Source: an uncultured Acidobacteriota bacterium (GTDB lineage Bacteria > Acidobacteriota > UBA6911). Taken from it: a stretch of 64,000 nucleotides of DNA. The notes under the pieces were generated by a model. The model worked only from the letters and a program-made list of their open reading frames with translations. It did not search any database and was not told the origin of the DNA. Below are positions 1-11,169 of this stretch, piece after piece; position 1 is the first letter of the stretch; each line of letters begins with the position of its first letter. The stretch is taken from positions 85,503 through 149,502 of the forward strand of contig CAWHCF010000010.1 in NCBI GenBank assembly GCA_963827655.1. Reading direction: 5' to 3'. The position numbers were made by a program, and so were the translations under genes.

Positions 1-2
1 GG

Positions 3-893
3 CCGGATATCTACGTTGCCTCCGACTCCACGGCCAACATTCTTTATCATAACGAGAGGAACGGTACCTTTACTGATATCGGACTAGTTTCCGGCACTGC
101 TTACAATCGGGATGGCAAGGAGCAGGGAGGTATGGGAGTTTCGGCCGCCGATTACGACGGTGATGGTTTCTTCGACATCGTCAAAACCAACTTCGACGGC
201 GACACCTCGACTCTCTACCACAACAACGGCGACGGGTCGTTCTTCGACGTCACTTTACCCGCCGGGCTCGGTCGCAATACGCACTTCGTCGGCTGGGGAA
301 CTGGCTTTTTCGATATCGACCATGACGGCTGGAAGGATATCTTCATGGTCAATGGTCACATTTATCCCGAGGTAGACCGTTACCGGCTGGAGCGAACTTA
401 CCGGCAGGATCGTCAGATCTTTTGGAATTCAAGGAAGGGAAAGTTCCTGGACATTTCTTCTCAGGCGGGACCTGCCATACTCGACCGCCGCAGCTCGAGG
501 GGAGCGGCCCTGGGGGATCTGGACAACGATGGCAGTCTCGAAATCGTCATCAACAATATGAATGACCTGCCGAGCCTGCTCAAGAACCTGGGTGAAAAGG
601 AGAACTGGATTCTTATCAAGACCGCAGGCAAGCAATCCAACCGAAACGGTATCGGAGCCCGAGTTGCCGTGATTACCGGAAAGCACCGGCAGATCGACGA
701 AGTCCGCAGCGGAGGGAGTTATCTCTCGCAAAGTGATCTGCGGCTGCATTTCGGCCTTGGACCAGCAGTGAAAGTCGATCGCGTCGAGGTCCTCTGGCCC
801 AGCGGGAAGAAGGAGTTCTTTAAAGATTTGAAAGCGGGTCAAATCGCGATCCTGGAAGAAGGCAGGGGTAGTGAAATGACGAGCGACAAGTGA
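3..893 (+). CDS. CRTAC1/ASPIC-UnbV family FG-GAP repeat protein, 5' partial (runs off the window start)
   Basis: The reading frame is open from position 3 with no stop upstream of the tracked ORF 132..893. Motifs DIYVA.DS..N.LYHN..NGTFTD, DYDGDGFFD and LDNDGSLE are typical of VCBS/FG-GAP repeats, and a C-terminal UnbV_ASPIC-like segment is present. Confidence 0.7.
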   Translation, partial: PDIYVASDSTANILYHNERNGTFTDIGLVSGTAYNRDGKEQGGMGVSAADYDGDGFFDIVKTNFDGDTSTLYHNNGDGSFFDVTLPAGLGRNTHFVGWGTGFFDIDHDGWKDIFMVNGHIYPEVDRYRLERTYRQDRQIFWNSRKGKFLDISSQAGPAILDRRSSRGAALGDLDNDGSLEIVINNMNDLPSLLKNLGEKENWILIKTAGKQSNRNGIGARVAVITGKHRQIDEVRSGGSYLSQSDLRLHFGLGPAVKVDRVEVLWPSGKKEFFKDLKAGQIAILEEGRGSEMTSDK

Positions 894-922
894 GCTCTAC
901 TCGCGGTGGCGGCTTTCGGTTG

Positions 923-2328
923 ATGAAAACTCGATTCTGGAGTCTTGTCCTCTTATTGTTTCCTCTCTTGCGCGGCCCAGGCGGGTGATCGACAAGCGGA
1001 GGACTGGCTGGCTGAAGGGAAAAAGCTCATCGCGGAAAGACGTTTCGCCGACGCAGTCGTTGCCTTCAAGCATCTGAAGCAAGCGGCTCCTGAGGATCCC
1101 CGGGCTTACTTTTTTTCCGGCATCGCGCTGGCCGAAGCGGGCCAGCTGAGCGCCGCCGCAGCCGAGTTAAACGAAGCGGTTCGCCTCGATCCCGCTCAGC
1201 CCGAATATGCCCTGTCCCAGGCGAACGTGCTGGTACGACTGGGCCAGAAAGCTCTCGCCGTAAAGGCTCTGGCCGTATTCGAGAATGAAGGATATGCCAG
1301 CCGGCTCACGGCAGCCGGGCTCTGGCTTCTTGCCGATATTCACTATCGCCTGGGCAAAAACCAGGAATCGCTGAGAGCCCTTCAACTATTAGCCAGTCGC
1401 AATCCGGAAGATTCCCGCATCGATTTCCACCGCGGCCAGATCTACAAGATCATGGGAAACCTCGATCTTGCGCAGGAAGCTTTCGCAAAGAGTATCAAGA
1501 ACTCGGCCGATAACCCCGCCGCGTATTTCGAGCTGGGCCGGATACTCGAGCAGCGCAACGATATGAACGCTGCCAAGAAAGCTCTACTGGAGGCAGTGAG
1601 ACAGGATGGAGACGAATCCCGAATACCTTCATGGGCTGGGGGCCGTGTGTCTGGCGCTGGGCGAGGTTGACGAGGCCATCGGGTACCTGGAACGGGCAGA
1701 GCCCTCGGGTGCCGCCTTTCCCAAGATCTACTACGCCCTGGGGCAAGCGTACCAGCGGAAAGGGGATCGAAACAAAGCCGCGAAATACCTTGCCAAGGTC
1801 CAAGAAACGAACCTCGCTCAGCGGAAGAAGGAAGTCCGGGATCACGGAGAGCTGACACTGATCACCCTGGGAGAGAAGCAGCTCGAACAGGGGAATACGG
1901 CTGAAGCGCGCGTCTTGTTCGAAGAGGTCCTCCAGGCAAATCCGGACAACTGGCATGCTCATGAATATCTGGCCCGGATGTTTCTTTCTTCCGGAGACCG
2001 GCCGCGCGCGCATCAACACCTGCTCAAGATGGAACAGATCGATTCGCACTCAGTCGAGGGAAATTATTTGATGGCTCTTTATTGCTATCAGAACGAGGAG
2101 TTTGCACGAGCAGCCGCCTACGCCGAGCGCGCCCGATCGGTTCAGCCGGGAAATGCCGAGGTTCGCAATTTGCTGGGGAACATTTACCTCAGGCTGGCAC
2201 AACCGGAAAAAGCCCTGGAAGAATATCGAGCTGCGGTGCGGCTGGCTCCGGCTCGTTCGGATTTCCGGGCGAATCTGGAGAACGCTGAGAAGCCAAAAGA
2301 GCCCCCAGCAACCAAACCGCAGAAGTAG
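923..2328 (+). CDS. Secreted tetratricopeptide (TPR) repeat protein; reading frame broken twice (ORF fragments 945..1670 and 1606..2328, signal peptide in a third frame from ATG 923)
   Basis: Both tracked ORFs consist of TPR-like A/L/Y-rich helical repeats. Their 65-nt overlap joins as ...EAVRQD|PNNPEYLHGLGAV..., a textbook TPR junction. ATG 923 encodes MKTRFWSLVLLLFPLL, which stops after 21 codons but continues as AAQAGD... in the frame of ORF 945. Confidence 0.55.
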
Positions 2329-2420
2329 CGCGGCGATCGCTCGTGGGTGAGCCAGCAGATTTGCCGATTAGTCCAGCCAAGCCGGCCAGGAAAGAATGCT
2401 ATTGAAACTTAAAGAATGCA

Positions 2421-2672
2421 ATGCTCGTTGGACCACTGAGAGTCAGGAGGAAAAGTGGTTTCCCCGCCGAGGACTCTCAAGAACAAGGGCTCCAAATGTC
2501 TCGAGTGACATCAGACCAGATTCGACAGCATGCCGCCGAAAAATACGTTGTGCCGGCTCGTAAGGCACGCTTGGAGGAGTTTGAGATCGTCGCCGGAGAT
2601 CTTCACCGCGATCTTCGGCTGCAGAACCGGGTTCCTAAGTCTGTGCCGCGCTCCGCTCCAAGAAGTTCCTGA
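2421..2672 (+). CDS. hypothetical small protein
   Basis: 83-codon ORF in an otherwise gene-free 650 bp gap. No recognisable family, and codon usage is consistent with neighbouring genes. Confidence 0.25.
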   Translation: MLVGPLRVRRKSGFPAEDSQEQGLQMSRVTSDQIRQHAAEKYVVPARKARLEEFEIVAGDLHRDLRLQNRVPKSVPRSAPRSS

Positions 2673-2691
2673 CTGAGAACAGTCTCGTTCT

Positions 2692-2997
2692 GTGGATCAG
2701 TCAGGGCCACCGTCGGAGATGAGCACGACAGTGAGATTTAAGTACAGGTTCCGACACCAGCCAGATCAAAAGGAATCTTCGGAAGCGCCACCCGACAAAT
2801 CGATCTATCACAAAATCCGTGAACTTTACGGTGTCGCGGAGGAGCTCTATCGCAGCCTCGGAGGAGGGAAGCGAGTCCTTGGTGAAGAGCGCGAGGGCTT
2901 CTTCGGTAACGCCACGGGGTCCGATTCTTCGAGCCGAGACCGGGATGAGTCTCATTTACTGGGATTCTGGTCCTGGTGGTATTTGTTTCCCACCTGA
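2692..2997 (+). CDS. hypothetical small protein (may be a second half of the 2421 ORF if another frameshift is present)
   Basis: 101-codon ORF beginning 20 nt after the preceding ORF. No recognisable family. Confidence 0.2.
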   Translation: MDQSGPPSEMSTTVRFKYRFRHQPDQKESSEAPPDKSIYHKIRELYGVAEELYRSLGGGKRVLGEEREGFFGNATGSDSSSRDRDESHLLGFWSWWYLFPT

Positions 2998-2998
2998 A

Positions 2999-4834
2999 CT
3001 ATTTGATCGAGACATCGTCCACGTAGTACGTAACGGGCACGACCGGGTCATCGGCGCCTGCTAGATCTCCCCCGGAATAGCGGTCCGTTTTTCGGGTCGG
3101 CTCGGTGCGAAACTCGCCGGTGCGAAACGAGAGTCGTTCAACACTGGCCGCCGGTTCGGCAAATGCGGCCTGGCGGATGACCAGCTTCCCGTTGATCGAG
3201 AGGTCATAATTACCTATCGCGTTGACCGAGATCTCGAAGCGATACCAGGAGCCGGCCTTGTAAAGGCCGGCCTCAGCACGGCTGTTTCCATCCAGCGCTC
3301 GCACGTGGCCGTCCTCACCGAAGGCGAGTCGTACCGGCCGGTGGCCCGCCTCGTCCAGAACTTCGATTTCCAGGCGGCCGCGGTCTGACTGCCGCGCGAA
3401 GACTCTGAATGCAAGACGCACTGTTTTCGCCTCGGCAAACACTCGCACGGCCTTGGCGTAGTCATAAGGGTCCCGATCCTCGAGCTGAAGACTCTTGTTA
3501 GCGGCGCTGGGAAAGGCGACGACGGCGGTTCGTGCCCAGCGTGGGTGATGGATGTTCCAGTCCGGAATCCGGCCGCCCACGTCGAGCTTGTCGAACGAAT
3601 CTTCCACCGGGCCTTCGATCTTATGCCGGATCGGCACGGGGATGCGGCTCACCCAAATGTCCTCCTTGTTGCTGCTATAGGTCAGCCACAAGTCGTTGCC
3701 GGGGGGATCGCCATTACCCTCGGATATGCCGCGCACATATTGCAATCCGAAGTCCTTGGCTCGCCCGAAGAAGCGGCGGGGCGCAACGTCGCCGTTGACG
3801 AGCAGCATGTTCTCGAACACGATGCCGTCGTTGCCGGTCGCCACGGCAAGCGGCCAGCGATGCGAGCCGAAGTCGGCTGGATTGTAAACGATGGCATAAC
3901 GGCCATCGTCGGTCCGCTGCCCCCAGGTCTTTGCCCCATCGGTGACGATGCTCGGCACGCGGACGGGAGTGCTCCAGGATTTGCCTTCGTCCGCGGAGAG
4001 CGCGGCCCATGATGCCTTAAACAGGGCGACCGCCATCCCGTCCTTGCGATGATAGACGGACGGCGCCTGACGCACCTGGCCGGGGACGGTGTAGAAACCA
4101 TCGGTGCTGCGATCCTCTTCATGCCATTGCATCGTCTTCAGCTTGTCGGCGAGCAACGCATTACAGGCATCGAGAAAACCCTTGTCGTTCGAGCGCGTGT
4201 AGAACGGAAACGTGGGCGTGTTGCTCTCGTTTCGATCGGCAAGACTGTTGTAGCGCAGAAAATAGATCGGCCCGTAAGAACCGTCTTTGTTCGCTTCCCG
4301 CACCACACGTCCGATGCCCGTGGCGCCCCATGGGGTCGGCGCATGACCATAAAAGGCGAGGACCAGGAGCCTCCCGTTGGGAGCGACATAGAAGCCCATG
4401 CGCTGATGCATCATCGCCATGCCCGATTCGTTGCCCGAAATGGGCCCCGGCCGCAGAAGATAAATGGGAAATACCTGTTTGGGCATGTCCCAATTGCGCC
4501 CGTCGCTGGAGGTGGCGACGAGGGTCTGGCCAGGCGGAAGATGCTCCCCGAAAGGGTTGCTCAAGTATTGAAGGTAGAACTTATCGTGCCAGTACGCGAG
4601 CATCGGCGCGTGACTGTAGGTCCAGCCGTAGCCATCGGCCATTTCCGGATGAGTGCGATTGGCACGCATAACCTGGATGTTTTCGACGCCGACTGCCGGC
4701 CGGAGACGACCGTCATGGACGTCCAGGTCGATGGCGCCGGCCAACACGCGCACGGGCTCATCAGGACCGCCCGGCTGGGTGGAAAAAGTGGACGCCAGAA
4801 TCGAGCAGAGCAAGACAAGGGTGGTGTTCTTCAT
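2999..4834 (-). CDS. Secreted BNR/Asp-box repeat glycoside-hydrolase-like protein (sialidase-like beta-propeller) with a C-terminal concanavalin/LamG-like lectin domain
   Basis: 611 aa with an N-terminal signal peptide (MKNTTLVLLCSILAST). Asp-box motifs SSDGRNWD and SADEGKSWS are present, and a C-terminal beta-sandwich-like region is predicted. Confidence 0.55.
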   Translation of the reverse strand: MKNTTLVLLCSILASTFSTQPGGPDEPVRVLAGAIDLDVHDGRLRPAVGVENIQVMRANRTHPEMADGYGWTYSHAPMLAYWHDKFYLQYLSNPFGEHLPPGQTLVATSSDGRNWDMPKQVFPIYLLRPGPISGNESGMAMMHQRMGFYVAPNGRLLVLAFYGHAPTPWGATGIGRVVREANKDGSYGPIYFLRYNSLADRNESNTPTFPFYTRSNDKGFLDACNALLADKLKTMQWHEEDRSTDGFYTVPGQVRQAPSVYHRKDGMAVALFKASWAALSADEGKSWSTPVRVPSIVTDGAKTWGQRTDDGRYAIVYNPADFGSHRWPLAVATGNDGIVFENMLLVNGDVAPRRFFGRAKDFGLQYVRGISEGNGDPPGNDLWLTYSSNKEDIWVSRIPVPIRHKIEGPVEDSFDKLDVGGRIPDWNIHHPRWARTAVVAFPSAANKSLQLEDRDPYDYAKAVRVFAEAKTVRLAFRVFARQSDRGRLEIEVLDEAGHRPVRLAFGEDGHVRALDGNSRAEAGLYKAGSWYRFEISVNAIGNYDLSINGKLVIRQAAFAEPAASVERLSFRTGEFRTEPTRKTDRYSGGDLAGADDPVVPVTYYVDDVSIK

Positions 4835-5081
4835 ACGGTCGATTTCCGCAAGTCCTCTTCGTTAGGTGACACGCGTTCGAACGGCCAATGACCATGGGCT
4901 GCGATTCGTCCTGAACCACACATGCTGGCAGGCTGCGAGGACGAGCCCCAGCCGACGAGTCAAGATCATACGCCAGCGAGGAGGTTCAACGAAATACAGA
5001 AGGCAAACCTGCCACTGACAAGAAGCGCGCTTTCGAGATTACGCCACGATTCCGCGTCAAACAACGACTTCAGCCGCCGGT

Positions 5082-7133
5082 TTACTTGACGAACTCTACG
5101 TAACCCCGCCTTTCCAGAAATCGAAAGTAACCGAGGAAATCGAAGTCCGACGGACCGAGTTCAAGGCGCGTCAACCGGGCCACTTCGGCGAGATTTCGCT
5201 GACCGTCGCACCAGTACAGCGCCCGGATGGGCACGGCAGCCCAGGCGCCCGAGGGGTAACCTTCGCGCTGGTCCGGCGGCAGCTCGTCGAGTGGAATTGT
5301 CCCGAGTCTCTTTCGCCTGACCACAATCCGCGCCGCTTCGGCTTGTTGTGGATCCTGCGGCGGTGGAATCGGTTTGATAGCCGTGGGAAGGCCGAGCTGT
5401 GCCGCTCTCCTCTGGAGCGCTGCCTCGAGTCGCTTCAGCTGATCCCGGCCGAACTGGTCGAGCCGTTCCACCATGGACTCGATCCAGGGCCGGGCTTTTT
5501 CGCGGCGCGTTTCCGGCGCCAGGCGCAAAACCGAGCGGACCGCCTGGTTTTCGCGCGCCACGCAATAGTCAATCCGTTCTTTACCCTCATGAAAGAGCCG
5601 GCCCAGCCGCTCCGTGCCCTCTGCAGTCGAAACCGAGTCGAGAATTGACGTCACGGCGCTGACGACCTGCTCCTGGCCCCGGCTCAACGCGGCTTCGCCC
5701 AGCCAGGAAGCCTCGCGTTCGGAGGCTGTCGCCAGGTAGTAAAGATAGGCTGCGCTTACTATGGTCAGGTCGCGCAGCGAGCGAGGGTCGACCGTTTCCG
5801 GCCTGTCTTCGCTATTGTGATGAGTATGGATTCCCGTGCCGCTGTAGGGCCATACGGTCGGAATCCCAATGGTCGGTTCTCCCAGAAAAGAATCGGTGCC
5901 GCTCCTGTACTCCTTCCAGTGCCAGGGCCGGGGCGGCGAAAGCCGGGAAAAATAACTTTCGGCGACTCGCAGGATAAAAGCATCCACGTAAGACTTCGCC
6001 GCATGTGGATTCATGTGAAAGGTGTATTCCGTCCCGGCCAGTCCGTAGGACGCGGCAGGGGTGTCCAGACACAAGGCGGCTACGGTGCGGCGAACCCGGT
6101 CCGGGTTGGTGGCCAGGTAATGCATCGACCCATACATTTCCCCCATCGCCAGCATGCGGATGTGACGTCGCGGTCTGGGCAGTCGCCCGTCACCGATCAA
6201 CCGATTCAAGCTCCCCAGCGCCTCGAGCATCGCCGCCACGCCAGTGGCATTATCGTGCGCGCCTTGTTCGGACGTATGCCCCAGGACAAGCACCTCTTCG
6301 TTCTCGTCCCCGGATCCGGGAATGATCCCGGTGACGTAGGGATAGGTTCCGGAGTAGTAGCGGCTCTCGACGACGGCTCTCACCCTCACCTTGCGCGGCT
6401 CACGCAGCAGCTTTCGTAGAAACTCGGCCTGAGACGGAGAAATGGAGAAGCAGAGCAGCGGTGAGTTACCTTTGTTGAACGCCCAACCGTTGTCACCCCA
6501 GGCGTTGATCCATTGCCGGCCGTCTTTGAGATCCTGATTTTCCGTGAACGCGTTGATGGCCCCCGGCGACCCCTTCCTGGCAAGCAGCCACTTGATGTCT
6601 GCCGGATTTCGCGGCGTGAGAACGATTTTACCCTTCAGATCCAGAGCTTCGATGCTCTTGACCGACATGTCTTTCAACTCGACCACCTCTGCGGTGATCC
6701 CCCCTTCGGGAGTGGGACCACTCCACATGCCGAGCGAAGCGGGAACTTTCTCGTAGTCGGCCAGCACGCGGAATCCTTCCGGAACAGCCGGCTCGACGAT
6801 CTCCAGGCGCGCCTTCTTGACGTCCCAGGCGAGCGGCATGGTCCAGTAGCCGAACTGGCTCACCCCATCTGCAGGAGGAGCGACTACTTCTGCATCACGC
6901 AGGCCAATCTGGTTCATCGTCCGCTTGAGATGTTCCGCAGTTTCCTGAAACTTCGGAAACGTAAACCACCGGTCGGTCTGATAGATCTGTTGCATGTACT
7001 GCATGGCGCGCTCCGGGCTTACCTCGGAGCCGATCTGGCGCATCAAGGGTTCGAGCTGGCCCTGAGCCATCAAAGGAACGGCTACGAGGATCCATATCAA
7101 CGCCGGCAATGTTCGAGCTGATGAACCTTTCAT
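5082..7133 (-). CDS. M28-family metallopeptidase with PA domain and C-terminal DUF4910-like domain, secreted
   Basis: Carries the HxD...D...EE...H metal-ligand pattern typical of M28 (GHTSEQGAHDNATG, LAMGEMYGS). A signal peptide begins at MKGSSARTLPALIWILVAVPLMAQG. The tracked ORF extends 24 codons further upstream to 7205, probably not translated. Confidence 0.65.
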   Translation of the reverse strand: MKGSSARTLPALIWILVAVPLMAQGQLEPLMRQIGSEVSPERAMQYMQQIYQTDRWFTFPKFQETAEHLKRTMNQIGLRDAEVVAPPADGVSQFGYWTMPLAWDVKKARLEIVEPAVPEGFRVLADYEKVPASLGMWSGPTPEGGITAEVVELKDMSVKSIEALDLKGKIVLTPRNPADIKWLLARKGSPGAINAFTENQDLKDGRQWINAWGDNGWAFNKGNSPLLCFSISPSQAEFLRKLLREPRKVRVRAVVESRYYSGTYPYVTGIIPGSGDENEEVLVLGHTSEQGAHDNATGVAAMLEALGSLNRLIGDGRLPRPRRHIRMLAMGEMYGSMHYLATNPDRVRRTVAALCLDTPAASYGLAGTEYTFHMNPHAAKSYVDAFILRVAESYFSRLSPPRPWHWKEYRSGTDSFLGEPTIGIPTVWPYSGTGIHTHHNSEDRPETVDPRSLRDLTIVSAAYLYYLATASEREASWLGEAALSRGQEQVVSAVTSILDSVSTAEGTERLGRLFHEGKERIDYCVARENQAVRSVLRLAPETRREKARPWIESMVERLDQFGRDQLKRLEAALQRRAAQLGLPTAIKPIPPPQDPQQAEAARIVVRRKRLGTIPLDELPPDQREGYPSGAWAAVPIRALYWCDGQRNLAEVARLTRLELGPSDFDFLGYFRFLERRGYVEFVK

Positions 7134-7152
7134 GGCCACCCCGTTGTTTTGG

Positions 7153-7201
7153 TTGGCGTTTCTTCGCGTCTTCGAGTCTTCGAGGTATGATGAAACGCCA
7201 A
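7153..7201. repeat. Hairpin (10-bp arms TTGGCGTTTC/GAAACGCCAA) whose loop carries the TCTTCGCGTCTTCG motif shared with the elements flanking the TBDR tandem array
   Basis: A perfect inverted repeat read directly from the sequence. The motif tcttcgcgtcttcg recurs at 11051 and 14805. Confidence 0.5.
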
Positions 7202-7408
7202 GCATCTTAGCACCCTTTTTTTTACTTGAACTGATTGTTGCCGCAAGTTACTGTTTTGCATCAACCAACCCTGGCTGATCGGTACGGTGGCGAAGGGTCC
7301 AAAAGCCGCCCAATGTCGAGCTACGTTCGAGAAGGTAGAGTTATCTCGTATCCAAGGCCCGTCAACTTCCCTGGGTCCGGATGCCATCCTTATCATGCTG
7401 GAGGAAGA

Positions 7409-10400
7409 ATGCGAAAGTCGAAGAGCACGAACAAAGCAACGCCAGAATAGCCATCTTTTTTCTTGCCGCTCTTATCACGCTGGCCCTGGCCGCACCGCCT
7501 GGATTAGCGCAGACGGGCACGGGAACGGTCCAGGGAAGGATCCTGGACGCCAACCGCGCGGTGATTCCAGGGGCCGATATCACAATCACAAATCAGGATA
7601 CAAATATCTCACGCAAGACGGTTGCTTCCGGAGACGGGAATTACGCTATTGGCGCCCTTCCGCCGGGCCCTTACACGCTGGCCGTGGAGGTGCCGGGATT
7701 CAAGAAATGGACGGGCAAGCTGGTGCTGGAGGTCGGCCAGACGGCGGTCGTGGATGCCGTCATGCAGGTCGGCGACATCGCCACCGAAGTTGAAGTCGTC
7801 GGCGCCGCCCCGCCCATCACGCTCGAGAGCGCGGAAGTGTCGGATGTGAAGGATGCGGTCCGCATTCGACAGTTGCCGCTCAACGGCCGGGCCATCAGCA
7901 ATCTGTTTGACTTGACCCCCGGAGTCGAGGGGGGCGGCAACCCGAGGGTCAACGGCCTCAAGGTCGGGTCGGTGGAAATGACGATCGACGGGATCTCCCT
8001 CGTGGATCGGTTTGGCGGCGGCATCGCCCGCGTCCAACCTGGATTGGACACAATCCAGGAATTCCGGATTGAGACGACCGGATCCGATGCCCAATTCTCG
8101 CGCCCTGCGACTGTCACGCTGGTAACCAAGAGTGGAACCAATGCCTTTCACGGCAGCGTTTTCGAGACCCACCGCAACAATGCAGCCGGCTTGCGCGCTC
8201 GCCGCCGTGAGGATGGAAACACATCATCCAAGCTGATTCGCAACGAATTTGGAGCCTCGGCCGGCGGTCCGGTGTATCTCGGAAACTGGTACAACGGCCG
8301 CGACAAGACGTTCTGGTTTGCCGCTTATGAGGGGCTGCGAAACCGCCAGTCCAGATTCGTCGATAGCGTCGTACCGACAGCGGCCATGTGGGCGGGCGAC
8401 TTCAGCGGCATCGTCGACATAAACGGCGTCCAAACTCACATCTACGATCCATTGACTACCGACGCCCGGGGTTTGCGCCAGCAGTTTCCCAATGACATCA
8501 TTCCCGGCAACAGGATTCATCCCTTCTACAAACAGATGCAGGCGCTGACGGCCTTGCCCACCAGCACGGTGAATCCATTCCAGGGGAACAACTTCCAGAA
8601 GTTTTATCCGGACAATCTGGATACCAACACCTTCACCGTGCGCGGCGACCACAAGTTTTCCGACCAGGATAATCTATCGGCAAGATTTTCGCGCAGCCGG
8701 CGCCTGTCGCAAGTCTTCGGAGGTGTCTTCGGCAATCCGGTCGACACCCTGGAAAATGGATTCGGAACCGGCCGGTCGGATACCAAGGTCTACAGCACGT
8801 CGATCCGTGAAACCCACGTTTTCTCACCCACCTTCCTGAGCGAATTGCTCGTAGCCGGCCATCGCTCGAATCAGGGTTCCGGGACCCTCGCGGACTTCAC
8901 CGATTGGCCCAAAGAGCTGGGGTTGCCGAACCCGTTCAACGTTCAAGGTTGGCCGACTCTGGGCGCCGGAATCTTTGCCTGGGATTCCGACAACCGTCAT
9001 GACCAGAAGCTGACCGCCTACGTGGTTGAAGAAAACCTGAGCTGGCTCAAGGGCAAGCACTCGCTGAAGTTTGGCGGGAAGGTCCGTTACGAATACAATA
9101 ACGTCCGGGAACTGCAACAGGCTCAGGGCTCGCATACCTTTGGCAACGCCTGGACCGCGCTGTACGATCCGGTCGGAGACCAGACGGCTTCTTTCACCGG
9201 CGACGGCCTGGCCGCAATGGCCCTGGGGGTCCCGACTTTCCTGTCCAATCAATATAACCGGGGCTACTTCTACTTCGAGCAGCAAGAGATCGGCCTTTAC
9301 TTCCATGACAGCTGGAAGGCTCATCCGCGCCTGACGCTGGATCTGGGGGTCCGCTGGGACAAGTGGACGGCATACGAAGAGAAGTACAACCGGCTGGTGA
9401 ATGTCGATCTCAACAACTTCGCCAACCAATTTCAGGTCGTCACGCCCAAGGACGTGAGGATGGAAGACCTGCCCGGCATTCCATCGTCGGTGCTTCAGTC
9501 CTATGCCGTGCGCGGACTGACCTGGACGACCGCGCGGAATGCGGGTTTGCCGGACAATCTGGTCAAGGGAGACAACAACAATTTCGCCCCCCGCATCGGC
9601 GCGGCATTCCGGATCACCGACAAAACCGTCTTGCGCGGCGGGTATGGAGAGTATTTCTGGACCATGCCGCTGGCGCAGATCCTGCAGACCTCGAGAACCA
9701 ACCCCCCGCTCAACCTGAGATTCACGAACCAACTCGGATCCTTGGACGGCACTTCCACCTTTGGGGTTCGAACCACGCCGAGACCGGAATTCTTCGTCGG
9801 GACTGCAACGGTTGATACCGAGGGCATCGTCTTCATCCCTCCGAATGCCCATTGGGATGATGCCCTGGGCCGCTGACGATTGGAAAGATGGCCGCGCCCA
9901 GGCGTGGCACCTTACTCTGGAGCGCGAAGTGATGCGCAATACGGCCCTTCGCTTGAGCTACATCGGCGATCATGGCCGGGATATGGAGCAGCGATTCGCT
10001 CTCAACAACCAGGAGGCGGAATACAATTACGTGGCACGGACCGGACAGAACCCTCCCGCCAACCGCGCGTTCATGCGGGTTAACCCGAACTGGAACTTCT
10101 CAGCCGCCAACCGTACCGGATTCTCCAATACGCATTCGGCGCAGGTGGAGGTCGAGCGCAAGTATTCCACCGGCCTGGCATTCCAGTTCTTCTACACCTT
10201 CACCCGATCCCTGACCACTTCGGACGCCGGTGGCTTCACCAGCGGTAATGGCGGACATAAACGCCACCGATGGCCAGTTTCAGGTACCGGAGAACATCCA
10301 GCTTCTCGGCGGCAACTCCAATCTCAGCTACGATCAAAGGCTCCGTCTCGGTTATTACAACAACACCAACATCCCCCCGCATAGGATCCGTTACAACGGA

Positions 10401-11037
10401 ATCTATGACCTTCCCTTTGGCCGGGGGAAGCAGTTCGGTGGAGATGTCGCTCGCGGCTGGGACACCCTGATCGGCGGCTGGCAGATTGCCGCGATCGGGG
10501 ACTGGCGTGGCGGCCTGTGGAGAAGTGTTGGCAGCGGGCTCTACTGGTTCGGAGATCCTACGCTCGCATCCCGATGCAGCAACTGGAGATGACCATTTTC
10601 GGCCGGCATCAGCGGCTGTGGTTCCGTGGAGATTTCGATCCGCGCCAGGCCACGAATGTCTCGCAGGAGGCCTTGCAGGCTCTGGTGCCGGTAAACCGTG
10701 CCGAAAGAGTTCTGCGCCCGCTGGGAGCAGCCTTCGACAACCGGCTGCCGCAGACTCTGTCAAACGGCGCCGTCCGGCAAACTCCCATCACCGACACGGT
10801 GAATCCCAAACCCAAGGGCGTTCTACATCGGTCCGCGGCAGCTGGAATGTCGACCTCGCGCTATTCAAGAACTTCAACATCACCGAGAGAGTAAACGCTC
10901 GCTTCTCGGCCGACTTCTTCAACTTCTTCAATCATCCGGTCGACGTCGCGCCCAATACCACCACAGGTCTGCAAGACTTGAGTGTCCAGGCCAACGAGCC
11001 TCGGATCATTCAGTTCTCGCTTCGTTTGGACTGGTAG
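7409..11037 (+). pseudogene. TonB-dependent receptor (CarboxypepD_reg-like N-domain + plug + 22-strand barrel), copy 1 of a tandem pair, disrupted by about 5 frameshifts (ORF fragments 7381..9876, 9761..10384, 10230..10592, 10517..10894, 10486..11037)
   Basis: The fragments are collinear with the intact-looking copy 2 at roughly 85% amino-acid identity. A strong RBS GGAGGAAG precedes ATG 7409 (MRKSKSTNKAT, matching copy 2's MKNSKSNNRAS), but the frame is lost after 13 codons at a CCC/CC run. The C-terminal ...IIQFSLRLDW is identical to copy 2. Confidence 0.7.
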
Positions 11038-11050
11038 ATCCTTCTTTGAG

Positions 11051-11106
11051 TCTTCGCGTCTTCGTGGTTAGTGCATGAAAACAAGCGCACCACGAAGACG
11101 CGAAGA
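11051..11106. repeat. Conserved 18-bp-stem hairpin (TCTTCGCGTCTTCGTGGT ... ACCACGAAGACGCGAAGA, 20-nt loop) immediately 3' of TBDR copy 1
   Basis: Perfect inverted repeat. A near-identical element lies after copy 2 at 14805..14860. No T-run follows on the + strand, so it is not a canonical intrinsic terminator. Confidence 0.6.
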
Positions 11107-11169
11107 AAAACCAAAACCGTCAACTTCCCCCTGGGTTCCGGATGCGTGGCTGATTATCCTGGAGAACGT

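Noticed and set aside
4049-4891. 280-codon plus-strand ORF, and several other 100-200-codon ORFs at 3545..4122
   Set aside because: All are antisense to, or out of frame within, the BNR/sialidase-like gene 2999..4834, which has a signal peptide and Asp-boxes.
7134-7205. 24-codon N-terminal extension of the M28 peptidase ORF
   Set aside because: The signal peptide starts at the MKGSS methionine (7133), and the extension overlaps the upstream hairpin element.
11071-11169. GTG start at 11071 for TBDR copy 2
   Set aside because: The GTG lies inside the loop of the conserved post-copy-1 hairpin and encodes a Lys/Arg/Thr-rich leader. A strong RBS + ATG + signal peptide occurs at 11170.
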